From contig CAJFCJ010000095.1 of assembly GCA_904063045.1 (NCBI GenBank), positions 141,184 through 184,822 on the forward strand: a stretch of DNA of 43,639 nucleotides, in the 5' to 3' direction. The translations under genes were made by a program, and so were the position numbers. A model generated the notes under the pieces. It saw only the letters and a list, made by a program, of their open reading frames with translations. It searched no databases and was not told where the DNA came from. This document shows positions 24,401 to 36,000 of this stretch, one piece after another; position 1 is the stretch's first letter; the number at the start of each line of letters is the position of its first letter. The DNA is from Dimorphilus gyrociliatus (lineage: Eukaryota; Animalia; Annelida).

Positions 24401-27400
24401 GCAACAAAATGAAGTAATACCATTCAATTTCAATAGTTATATTCAAACAGGACTAAATTTATTAAAAATACCAACATTAAGTGAATTTAAAAAAAATGGC
24501 GGATGTTTTGGAAATGGTCCAGGATATATTGGCAACAGCAAAACTGGAAAATTAACATTAAAAACATATTATATGATACCGAATATAACTTACATTATAA
24601 CAGTTAAAATTCAATCAAATATTCAAAATAGACAAGCAATATATGAACAAAATCTCTATTTAAAACCATTTGAAAAGCCAATTTTAAATATAAGGTAATT
24701 TTAATACAAATATAATAATTAAATATATGAGAATATATGAAACACCTTCTTTACAGATGTAAAAAGAATTGTCTTAGGAAGAAAGCTCTCTCTTCTTCAA
24801 TCATTTACAAAGCTGTTTGTTTGTCAAAGTGTACTAGCCTCTATTGGAAAATTTCATACTTTTGGAAAAGTTTTGTGTACGCTAATCAAACTTTATCATT
24901 TGTTCAAGATTTTCAAGATAGAGTCCTTAATGGGAATTTATCTTTAGTTTCCATAGAAATAAAGGAAAATGGTCTATTTCCAGGACATTATCATACTGTA
25001 AGTGTTGAAGGGCAAATGGGAGAAATTGGCGATATTGGATACACTAATGAGACATTTCTAGTTAATAAACCACCATTTGGTGGCCATTGTAGTTGCCAAC
25101 CAAGATATGGTTTTGCTTCGATAACAAACTTCCGGATAAGTTGTCTAGGTTATAAAGAATTTGAAAAATCCCCCGACGCTCCAGGTTTAAAATACGAGTA
25201 CAGAGTAAGATGGAAAGGCAGAAGGCAAAGTTTCCCCCTATACTTTTCTTACAATCAGGAAGCAGTTTATCTTATGTTACCAGTTGGAGATCCCAAGTAT
25301 GGAATTACTGAAACTGTAGTCCGAGTTATTGATTCCATTGATGATAAATACGAATTCATTTTTGATGTTCACGTTCAACCACCCCCAAAACCTGAACGTT
25401 TACTATTAGAATCAACTCTTAATGATATAAATAATGGAAATTTAGAAATTTTGTTGGACGTTGGTAATTTTAGCCAATTAGCTTCGAGTATTTACTCAGT
25501 TGCTTCCATTCTGAATACAAATTTGAGTAAGCCGCCGAAAGAATTAGAGAGAGATAAATGCGAAAAAAGAACCACACGAATTGGGGTAATATATATATAT
25601 ACTTTATATAAATGCTATTTAATATATAAACTCTTCTAATTGTATCAATCCTTTAAAAGATACGAAAACAATTGATTGAATATGTATTGAAGACTCCCCA
25701 TGAATCGGTTGATGAACTTGAACAAAATAATGGTCTTATAAGTTCTCTTGTATTCAAACCAAAAGAAGTGGACATCAATTCCCAGGTAAAATTACAATAT
25801 TTAAGTTAATTGAGTAGTGTTACCATTAACAATTTTCTTTCAGGTAAATGTAGCTAATCAAGTTGGCAAGTTAAATACCGTATTAAATACGAAGAAAATC
25901 ACTCCAAAACTTAGAAGAGAAATATCCATTAGTACGAAAATAACTTTTACATAATAATTCAATTGAAATTATGTTTTTTTTCTTTATATAGGCCTATTAG
26001 AAACATCTATTCTAGTAACTACAGCTGCTGACACTTTTAAGCAAGATGTTGAGAAGAAAGAAGAATTTATCGCCAGTAATAAAAATAATAATTCGACAAT
26101 CTTCTTTTGCGACATTACGTCACGTGACAATGGAACAAACTTACCAAACAATAATACTATAGATTATATTGTTAATAGTACAAATAACAAACTGAGAATC
26201 GTTATGACTAACATTTTAAATGCTATTCATAACGTTACGAATGAATTGCTCTTGAGACAGAAATTGAATGATCCACCTTTAATTGTTGAGTATGAAGAAA
26301 TGGCTATTAGTATTGAAAGATTGTCCATAAATCGGGTCATAAATAATAACTACTCATCAAAATTTGGTTCAGTGAATTTGAATTCATTCAAAATTGATAA
26401 TAATAGTGATTCTTGCGTAACGAAAATGTTAATTATGTCAAGAATTAATCCCTATATGTGGGATAAATCTTCTCTAAATGTGACGTCATCAGTAACTGAA
26501 TTACAAATTAAACCTTGTAATTCAAATTCTGAACAATCAGCTAGAAGGAAGAAGAGAAGTGTTGAAAACATTCAAACAAATTTTACACTTAATTTACATA
26601 TGCTGAGTGATAATACGGCCTTTCAACATATAAATACAACAAATACAACAGCTCTTCATATCATTAATGCCACTAGGAGTGTTTTACTGTTAACGTTCAA
26701 ACTGAAGAGAGACGATAGCATCTCAGTGCTCATTGGTTATAATTTCATACCAGTTTCTGATAGAAATAACGCTTCGTTTATTCTACCAAATGCAAATAAG
26801 ACTTGTTCGTCCAACATGAATTTGGAAGATTGTATCCAGTACAAAAGAACAATAATGCTTAGGATAAATGAAAATCAAACTGTCATAACTTCCATTTCCT
26901 GTTCAAATTGCTCAAATGGAAATCTCAATTACAGCATTCATATCGCCTATCCAACCTGTAAAATGTGGAAAGGTAACAGCTGGGAAGAAAGTGACGCCTG
27001 TAGAATTGATAAAGAGACGACAGCGTCTAAAACAAAATTTACAAGTAATCTATTTGGTAGTTTAGGAGCTGGATTAGAAATGGCACCGAATCTTATTGAT
27101 TTTAGAACAGTTTTTAATGACTTTTCAACAAAATTGGCAAACAATGCAGCAGTGTTCGGAACGATATGTTCACTATTGATTCTCTTCATTCTCTTAGCAT
27201 TGCCAGTTAGAAGAATGGACAAGAGAGATACATTACTCTGGACTCCATTACCATTACTTGATAATTGTAAAGAAGATCAGTATGTATACGAGGTACACGT
27301 CTATACCGGAAGTAGGAAAGATTGCGGAACTAAATCAAAAGTTTGCTTAACTTGTTACGGAAGCGACTGCAATACCGGAAATCGTATACTATCATCTTCA

Positions 27401-30041
27401 AAGGAGGAAACAAGTAATTTTTTTCGTGAAGGGTCAACTAGATCATTCATAATGAAAACTACTCAGAGTCTAGGATCAATTATCTGTATTAAGATATCCC
27501 TTGAAAAAGATAATCCCAATAATGCGGATAATCCCGATGATCTTTCATTAAAAGAATACGATCCCTGGTTTTTATCAAGGATAATAATCATAGATAAAAG
27601 TGCAAATGCTTGGTACAATTTCGATTGCGACGAATGGTTGTCACCGAAACACGGCGATCGTCAAACTGAAAGAATACTAATTGGGGCGAGAAGTGACGCT
27701 AATACGAAAATTGATGGACTGTTTAAGAAGAATTTAAGACAAAGATTAACTGATGATCATCTCTGGGTATCCATTGGAGCTAGGAGGACAAAATCGCAGT
27801 TTACCAGACTACAAAGATTAACAGTCTGTTTTGTTGCTCTATTCCTGTCGATGATTGCTAGTTGCATGTTCTATAGAAATTCTGATGAATCATCTGTTCA
27901 AAATGGCTTGAAAATTGGCGTCATTACATTTACTGTATACGAATTATATGTTGGATTGGCTAGTAGTATTGTTGTATTTCCGGGATTGATTCTTATTACT
28001 TTGCTGTTCAATTCGAAAAGATGGCCCAAGTATACAATACCTCTTGGGTGGTCTTTTGCTGTTTTAACTGCATTTACTGCGGCGTTCTTTACAGTTTTAT
28101 ACTCTATTCAATGGGGAGAGGAAAAATCGTTACAATGGCTGATATCATTCATCCTATCATTTGTACAAAGTATTATTCTAGTTCAACCAATCAAAGTTAT
28201 ATGTATAGTATTCTTGCTGACGTTTTTCTTGAAAAAAGACGCCATTTTAACGGAATACGAAGATGATATTGGAGATATGAGAAAAATGGACATGAAGGAT
28301 CTATCACATGTTCCAGCTGAATTGAATATTTTTGAAAGATTAAAAATGGCGGCTGATAAGGAAAATAAATCAAAAATGGAAAATCACTTGGACGGAAAGA
28401 TGCGTATCATGATAAAAGATATTGTCCTACATACTATCTTTTTGATCTTTATCATCTTTATCTGCTACAGTAATCACAATCCTATGATTTATTATCAAAA
28501 TAGGTCGATATATAATACAATACCAAATGTTCAAAACGTAAAAAATTACGAAAAATTATGGGATTGGTTGGAAAATTACGCAATACCGGAACTTTATCCA
28601 AAGACCCATTATAATAAAAGAAATCTATCTTCGTATAATTTGAAATATACAAGAGAATTGAATCATATGAGATTTTCTTCTGTCAGACTATTTCAAAGAA
28701 GAGTTCAACAATCTAATTGTATATTAACAACAGAAATGAAAAGTCTATTTAAAAATCGTTCCTGTTGCGGTTTTGATGATAGTACTCTAGATTATTCATC
28801 AAGTTTGAATAGTACTCTACGTAACGCTTTTACGTATTCCATAAAGGAGAAGGGTTTCTCAGTATCGTTACGTCAGAACGGCGACGAAGCTTTACAAATA
28901 ATAACAAATTTGAAAAAATACGGTTGGTTAGATAGACAAACTCGTCACGTGATACTAGACGTCACAATTCTAAATCAAGTGATAGTTTCTCAAGCATCTT
29001 GGTCTTTTGAATTCAAACCAGTTGGAGGTATAATAGCCAAGGTTCGAAGTGATTCTCTGAAATTATATAGATATACTGGAGCAGGTGGTCTAGCAACTCT
29101 TATCTTTGAAATTCTATCAGTCCTAGTCTGGCTAATCTTTATCATTCGATGCATTTATCGTTACAAAAAATATTTTGAAATGCCTGGTGTCTTGCTGCTC
29201 ATCTCGCTGGTCTCTTTCACAATCTCTATTGTTTTATATATTTGGAGGACGATAATAGGTGTAAAATCAGTAGAAGAAGTAATGAATTCGAGAACGGAAT
29301 ATGTGGACTTATCATTGATTTTTTCAACACACCAATACTTTATGACATTTATTGCATTTTGCGGTTTTTTTGGGCAGCTTCACGTTCTATCTCTGCTGAA
29401 ATTATCAAAAACCATCACAGTTCTTGTCAGTACAATAAAGAAATCTTGCAAACAATTGATATCAATCGGACTTTGCTGTTGTATTATATTTATCGCTTAT
29501 GCTTGTTGGGGTTACGTCATATTTGGAAAGTCTATAAATAACTATAAATCTTTTAAATATGTCTGCTACTCACTACTTGTCACAATCTTCGGACATTTAG
29601 ACTTTGAAGCATTGTCGACAACTTCCGGTTTGATGGGAAAAATCTACATTACGTCATACGCATCTATAATGCTCTATTTAATTTTAAATATATTCATTAC
29701 AACATTAAATGAATTTTTATATAGTGTCAGGTTAGATCCAACCGCATTGCCAGAAGATCATAAAGTATTTAAATACATGACTGCAACAATTGCAAAGATG
29801 TTTTCAAAGAATAATACAAAACCAGAAGAGAATTTAAATCCTGAGCGTAACGATAAATGTAATAATTCAAAATTTAAAGGTTTGTTGATCGATAACAATT
29901 GAGTAGTATTGAACAAATATTCAATTTTCAGAGTTAAATACTAAAATTGATTATATGGAAAAGATTATCTTCTTGAATTCTGATAAAGATATTGAAATAT
30001 ATGAAAAAGTATTGAATGTACTCAAGTTGAAAACATTTTGA
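9444..30041 (+). CDS. Giant polycystin-1 family (PKD1-like/REJ-type) protein, 31 exons, about 6,100 aa, with a lectin-array ectodomain
   Basis: Signal-peptide exon MFKMMMIIFKLFSILTIATILK (9444-9510). All 30 GT-AG introns join in compatible phase by hand, e.g. 9511-9590, 18965-19032, 20657-20838, 29880-29931. Stop TGA at 30039-30041 and AATAAA at 30135. PKD, REJ, GAIN/GPS, PLAT and the 11-TM polycystin channel region are recognisable. Confidence 0.9.
9591..18369 (+). other. Polycystin ectodomain part 1: 4 C-type lectin, 4 PAN/apple and about 10 F5/8-type-C (discoidin)-like domains
   Basis: CTLs start CPSGW (9600), CPPNT (11967), CPPGS (14379) and CPPGY (17035). PAN examples: CSYLCQQQKEFQCKRFAF..KCFLY and CLMACNEEIRFDCISFSF..ECMFY. 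F5/8C examples: WLQVDL..VTG, ARYVRIYP..FEFYG, YIQIDLGHVYHVTG, MQIELFGC. Several discoidin copies are degenerate. Confidence 0.85.
18385..18960 (+). other. Fibrinogen C-terminal (FReD) domain in the polycystin
   Basis: WTVIGQK, NWYDYKHGFESDKEFWSGNE, FYSIDNDNELSCAQNTKSGWWF..CSSSNL.G. Confidence 0.9.
19033..19711 (+). other. F-type lectin (fucolectin) domain followed by a small Cys-rich (EB-like) module
   Basis: NIALGKKAYQ..A..AIDG..NPWWVVDL..V..I.V.NRKDCC..LGLCEVEI, then GEDCETDSNC...CQC...KCY. Confidence 0.85.
21300..25400 (+). other. About 9 PKD/PKD-like Ig-fold domains followed by a REJ module
   Basis: YEISFGDG, WTIDFGDDG, Y..PG.F.I...N.V. REJ motifs: FNAGLYSYDPD, LHFHWYC, GGCFG, C.KNC, VNKPPFGGHCSCQP.YG...TNFRISC. 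Confidence 0.85.
25400..29720 (+). other. GAIN/GPS, TM1, PLAT and TM2-TM11 polycystin channel region
   Basis: PTCKMW..W....C, APNLIDF, TM1 (AAVFGTICSLLILFILLALPV), YEVHVYTG..GT.SKV..YG..F.EG..WFLSRI..DEWL, HLWVSI..S.FTRLQRLTVC, WLDRQTR, FGHLDF, LNIFITTLNE. Eleven hydrophobic segments counted. Confidence 0.93.
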
Positions 30042-30134
30042 CATAATTAAAAGTTCTATTTCTTTCAGTCTTTTTCTTTTCTAATCTATCTATTCTTACA
30101 TTTCAAATGCTATGGTGTAGTCTTAATCTTAATG

Positions 30135-30140
30135 AATAAA
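30135..30140 (+). terminator. Likely polyadenylation signal of the polycystin gene
   Basis: AATAAA about 95 nt after the stop codon. Confidence 0.45.
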
Positions 30141-30742
30141 TACTGATTAAGATGATAGGCCTATATTATCATCGTTAATAGAAAGGGAAATGATTACTGT
30201 ACTGTCACTAAAACCTTTCACAACTTACAATACTTGAATGAAAAGTTGTTGAGAATTCAGTAGTGGCGTGGCAGAGATGATGGTATAAAGCAGAGAGTAA
30301 TTATTCAATTTCTGTCATTTAGGCCATGCAGCCGTTGAGTGTTTGAATAGATATTTTATCCTTAATATAATCAAACCTTTTTACTCTGTGCCAATAGTGT
30401 AGTGACAGTCCAAGCACAATATCTATTTTTAACCAATTATTGACAACATATAACAATAGAGCATTAAACAGTGTAAAAATAAATATTCGTAACAAAGATA
30501 AAAAAATTGAATAAATTGAATTTTTTAATTAAAAGATAATGTAAAGTTTACTGATTAAATACTAATTAATTAAGATTTATGCGTAGTTAAAAAATCAAAT
30601 TATTCGATTTGTCCTACGCAATCTCTTACTTTTCGACCATATTGGAACTAAGTATTGTTCAAACAAATTGAACAAAACTAAACAATTAAAAATGTGTTAT
30701 AAAATAAGGAATTCTTTCGAAAATAGAAATCTCTCTTTAACC

Positions 30743-31937
30743 ATGTTTAAAGGAATATTATACAATCTCTTCTTTTTTACCTTACCAACCGAAATGATTC
30801 TGAATCAAATCTACTTGAAAAAATCGGGTAAAAAAAGGGCGAAATCAAAAATATTTTCAATTCTATCATAAAAATGTTTGTTTTTCAGTTTGTAATACAT
30901 TTATTGGAAGAAAAGATACTAAATTAATAAATAATGAAGGATATCAAAGAAATTTTAATAAGAAATTAAGTGTTTGTTTGGGAATATGTAAAGGAAACAG
31001 TAAATGTTCAAGTTTTGAATATAATCCAGATGCAAATTTTGAGTGTATACGTAAAAATATTGGCTCTTATCTAAGCAATCTAAAACACGAAAGCAATAAA
31101 TATTTATATACAAAAATTATTAATAAAGGTATTTTAAAGATAAAATGAAAGAAAAACACCAAAAACATGTAGTTGTCTCTTTTTTTGCTTTTTGAATAGA
31201 CTGCGAAAAGTGGAATGACTTTTTGGGATATAAAATAGGCGATTGTAATAATTGCAGAATTGCAGTTTTTTATAATACTTCTGAAATGATATGCAAGGAA
31301 AAGTGTATTGAAAATTCTGAATGTCTATCAATTCGGTTGATTAACGGAACGTGTTCTTTGTATAGAATTGTTGTAACTTCTTCTGCACTAGTAGCAGCGG
31401 AAAATTACTTCTATTCTCAGAAGCCAACTTGTTTAAGTACGTTATCTATTTTTTTTGAATTGTTAGGGTAAAAGTTGACCTATATTTTTTTTACAACATT
31501 TAGGAGAATTTACTGTTTCCATTGAGAATTTTTGCCTGAAATATTCATTTGAGAGTTTTATTACATCGATTGGAGATGGAATTCGTGAATGTCCAACAAA
31601 CAAATACAATATTCCAATAGATGGAAAAATAAGATATTATTCTTTGAAAAACATTACTGGCGTTATTGAAGTTACCGTTTATATTTTAAATAATAATAAT
31701 CATTGTCATAATTTTGTCGTTCTAAATGATCCAATGGAAAAAAGTAGAATTTGTAAAATCGTTATGAAAAGCGAAACGATGTGTAAATTTGAATGTTCTG
31801 GAAAATCATACAAAAACATTATTATTCATAGTTTAACCAGCTTGAATGTTTTTGCGAAATTGAAATTCTTCCTAAATTTGGAATCTTTAATGTTTGCTTT
31901 TAAGAAAATTGTTAATTTTTTGTCAGTACTTTTTTAA
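30743..31937 (+). CDS. Small, probably secreted protein with two PAN/apple domains and a Cys-containing C-terminal domain (4 exons)
   Basis: Hydrophobic start MFKGILYNLFFFTLP. Phase-1 joins give VCLGICKGNSKCSSFEY..ECI and ICKEKCIENSECLSIRL..CSLY, then an exon with HC..ICK..CKFEC. The start exon is less certain. Confidence 0.7.
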
Positions 31938-33083
31938 TATTCATTCAAAATTTACTAAAACTTATATTTGTTGTCACGTGATGCATTAAAAAATGTATTA
32001 CGTCATAATAACTTAATAACACTCCACCTGTAAAACATTCATAATATTCAAGTAGAAAACAGTTAAAAATCTTCCTTTGTATGCAATTGGACAGTTTTTG
32101 GTTTGTCAATCGGGACTTGTAGTGATTGTAGAGGATGGCAAGAAAAGATACAATGACATTCCGTATCTACTCTCCCTTAGCATAAAGTTAAAAGTAGCAC
32201 TACTCAATGTTTAGGATAAATTTTCTGAGCATAATCCATGCGTATTTCTCTCTATAAATAGGCCTATCACACTAAAATAATAATACTTCTAAGATATAAA
32301 GCACAAACACATATAGTGTTAACAATGACTTTTTAATCAGGCTATGTATTCAAAAATGCAATTACATAAGAAAGATAAAAAGGGCGGGAACGTACCGAAA
32401 CACATCAACACCAGTTGGGATATGTTAACACCCTGAACGTTGGCTGTTGACCCTGCATATAACGCTCTCAACTATCAGTGCTAAAACATTACCCTTTCCT
32501 AGATTTTGTTATAATAGAACTACTGAGTATCTAGGCCTAGGTAAATGATTAATATTAAATAAAGAAAGAAATATAAACAAAACATTCAGTCAGCGCACCC
32601 GATCTAAAAGAGAAAGAGATCAATTCTTTATTTATTATTGATCTGTGAGAAATAGCAGGTGAAAAGACACATAAAAATTTTTCTAGAGTTCATTGACCTC
32701 TTGATCTTAGTAAGATGAAAAGGTTTATGAATAGTTTGTAATTGTTTAGTATGTTTGCAGTAAAGTTAATTATTCTATCTTTTTACTTTTGCGCAGCAAT
32801 TTCACTTACCTTCCATATAGATTTGTTGTGAAGATCTACTAATCTTTAACGAGGACACTGATTTAAGCCTTACTAAAACGTGGGTGGCGTTCTCTTGTAG
32901 AGTTAATCCTTTTCCGCTAGAGCAATATATCTTAAAATTCCCGGAATTATGCCAACAAATTTCTGTAGAAGTATACAGATAATTTTTCTAGAGAAAGTTA
33001 ACTATCATTCATATATATACTTGATTTTCCTCAATTGCCTTTGGGACTTTGGATGACACCTACTGCAAAAAAGTAGAATAGCG

Positions 33084-36000
33084 ATGACTTTGTTTATTAC
33101 TTTGTTTCTTTCCATCTTACTTTTTCAGGGTATTTTTTTCTTAATTTACATATTTGACAAATACTTTACGACCTTCTAAATGGATATATGAAACTTTTAG
33201 AAATAAATCCGGCTGTTTTATCGCAAAATGAAATTTTCAACTGCAAAACTGGACAAACAACTAATACGGCAAAATTTTGCGGAGTTTGTCAAACTGGAAC
33301 AATTCATTCAGCGGATCGTCTAAAATGCTATAGTTTGTATTTTAAATTTAAAAAAATAGAAACGCTTCTCTCTCCAGTTTTGAAAATTTAAAAATATTCT
33401 TTTGGAAACTTTTTTAGAATGTCCTGATTTCTGTTCGGAAAGATCTTGCAACCTCAAATCCGATACTAGTAACGAAGCGGATGCTACAACTTGTACAAAT
33501 TGTACTGAACACTATTACAATAAAGACGGACGTTGCCATGGTAACGGTGTAAACTAATTTTGGAAAAAGTTGTTAAAATTATTGTTTCCCTTTAGAATGT
33601 TCTAATGGATGTAAAAAATGCGAATCGAACGAAAAATGTCTACAGTGTTCTACCAGTTTTGCCTATCGAGATTCGTCGAATGATTGTGTTGCCTGTCCTT
33701 CTAACTGTAATAAATGTAGATGGGATACTTCTACTTCTAATGTACAATGCGAAGTTTGTCACTCAAGATATACTGTTAAAGGTCAAGGTTGTGTTTGTAA
33801 GTAATTTATATTACTCATCAACATTTGCTGATAGACGTTTCTATTTTATCAAGTATGTGGACCATACTGCAAAACGTGCACATACAATAATGATAATGGA
33901 GTAAGCTGTGTCAGTTGTGATATTAACGCCTATAAAGAAACTACTACAAAAAGTAGTTGTAAACTATGTTCAACATCAATTTCCGGTTGTGAAAAATGTT
34001 CTGACGGGAATACTTGTACAAAATGCCTGTCTAACGCCTACGCGCTAACACAGTCAAAACAGTGTGAAAAGTGCAGTGCTATTCATTCTTCGTGCTTAGA
34101 ATGTGAAGCAAGTACTGGAACAAATAAATGTACTAAATGTCAAATCGGTTACTACATCAAAGGTAATTCCTGCTCAGCTTGTCCAAGGAATTGCCATTCC
34201 TGCTCAGAAGATAACTCTATTTTGAAATGTTCCAAATGCATGATCAATTATACACTTCTGCAATCAATAACTTGTGATAAGTGTCCTGATAATTGTCTGG
34301 AATGTGACGTTGTCAACTCCAAACTGATCTGTAAAGATGGAAAATGCAGTCCAAAATACGTTAGAAATTCTGATAAACTATGCTCAAAGTGCCCTGATAA
34401 TTGTGTGGATTGCACCTGGAATTGGGCTAAAGCGAGAACAGAATGCAGAGGAACGGCGTCGACTCATTTCTGTATCGAGAGAGAGAATGGAAGATCTTGG
34501 GGACTTAAGAATGATGGAACATGCGTACCTTGTCCAACCAACTGCAATAAATGCTATTTTGAAGATGATTCCTCTCCAATTCCAGTTTGCTATCCTTCAA
34601 TGTGTCAAAAGAAGTTTACTTTTGACGATGAGACTGGAACTTGTGTTCAGTGTCCAAATGGTTGCGACTACTGCAAGAAAAGGTCAACAGGGTTAACGTG
34701 TCTAGCATGCAGCGAAAATTTTGCACCGAAGTATGGAACTTTATCAACAATTGAGTCTTGTGAAGCCTGTTCAATTGCAAATTGCGATTATTGCGAAATA
34801 GTATCGAATGCAGTTCAATGTATGAGATCTCCGTGTGGTAATAAATCTCCCAATTCCAACAGTAAAATGTTCTCTTTCACAAGTGGAACTTGCTCAGAAT
34901 CTTGCAAAGATAATACCTTATGTACTTCCGGTTCTATAGTTGATGAGAATGGATCGTGTTTTTGTAGATCGTGTTCAGAAGGAAGTACATTAATCCTTTT
35001 TGGCCCAAATGCTGGAGTTTGCAAAAATTGTGGACTGAATTGTGCTGATTGTCAATTGAACAGTGATAAAACTGATGTGGAATGCAAAACGTGTATTGGC
35101 AGTACCCAATGGGTTGATATTGAAATAGGAGGAACCTTATCAAGAGGATGCTACGGTAGGACAAATGAATGATATAGTCTTTAAGCTATGTAAATTCTCA
35201 AAAATAGATTGCGGAGAGGCGAGACTTCAATGCAAAAGATTCGAAAGATTCGGATCATCTCCAGATTACAAATGTAGATGTAAGGCTAATGAATGTATTG
35301 GAGACCAAACAAATTCTACAGAATATACAGTTTTCCAAGAATCTAATACTCCATCTACACCATTTCAGAAGTGTAAAGGTAAGAAATTAATCGAAACTGC
35401 AAAACGTCTAAACTGCAAAATATCCAAAAATAGCCTGCTCAGAGGAATTTCCAAATGCTGTACAGTGTACTAAAGTGAGTGGATCAACACCTACACCTGG
35501 TGTAAAAGTTTGTCAAAGTGGTTACGAGAAAGATACTGGTGTTATACCAACAACTTGTCAAAGTTAGTAATACAGTAATCTCTTGTTTAAATCAGCATTT
35601 CCCTAATTTCTATGTTCATTATTAGAGATTGGAGAATGGTGTGTTACTTGGTCCCTTCCTAATAGCGTATCCACTCAAGAAGTTACATGTACTAAATGTG
35701 CAAATGGTGCATTTTTAAATAGTACAAAATGCCAACCTTGCCCTGATAGATGTAGTGAGTGTATTATGATTGATCTTGTTCTCGTCTGTCTTGCCTGCTC
35801 CAACGGAAATTCTGGAATGGATTGCGCATCTCCGTCAAACGTTTGCGATTCAGCATCAATAGACTTTTGCGAAGAAAAATGGAATATGGCTCCTAGCGGA
35901 AGTACACCGAACTGCTATTGTTCAAAATGCCTTCCTACTTATGCTGCTAATAATTTTTATTCTTATAAGGTGTTAAATGTTGGAAGTTGTACTGCATTTC

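Noticed and set aside
9398-29541. Overlapping ORFs 9398-9583, 10216-10539, 11671-11976, 13976-14179, 17386-17577, 23335-23532, 23787-24071, 24145-24417, 26947-27222, 28021-28266 and 29242-29541
   Set aside because: Alternative-frame or antisense by-products of the polycystin coding sequence, with no independent evidence.
9614-29902. Treating the ~25 plus-strand ORFs as separate lectin, discoidin and PKD genes
   Set aside because: Each ORF end matches a GT donor and each restart an AG acceptor in matching phase. Only one signal peptide was seen.
30260-30345. GC-richer patch (CAGTAGTGGCGTGGC...GGCCATGC) as a possible element end
   Set aside because: The inverted match is too weak and there is no second copy in the window.
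31974-32005. E-box (TCACGTGA) next to a CRE/D-box-like TTACGTCA as a circadian element
   Set aside because: Short motifs with no defined TSS. Other TCACGTGA copies (5907, 26120, 28945) lie inside coding exons.
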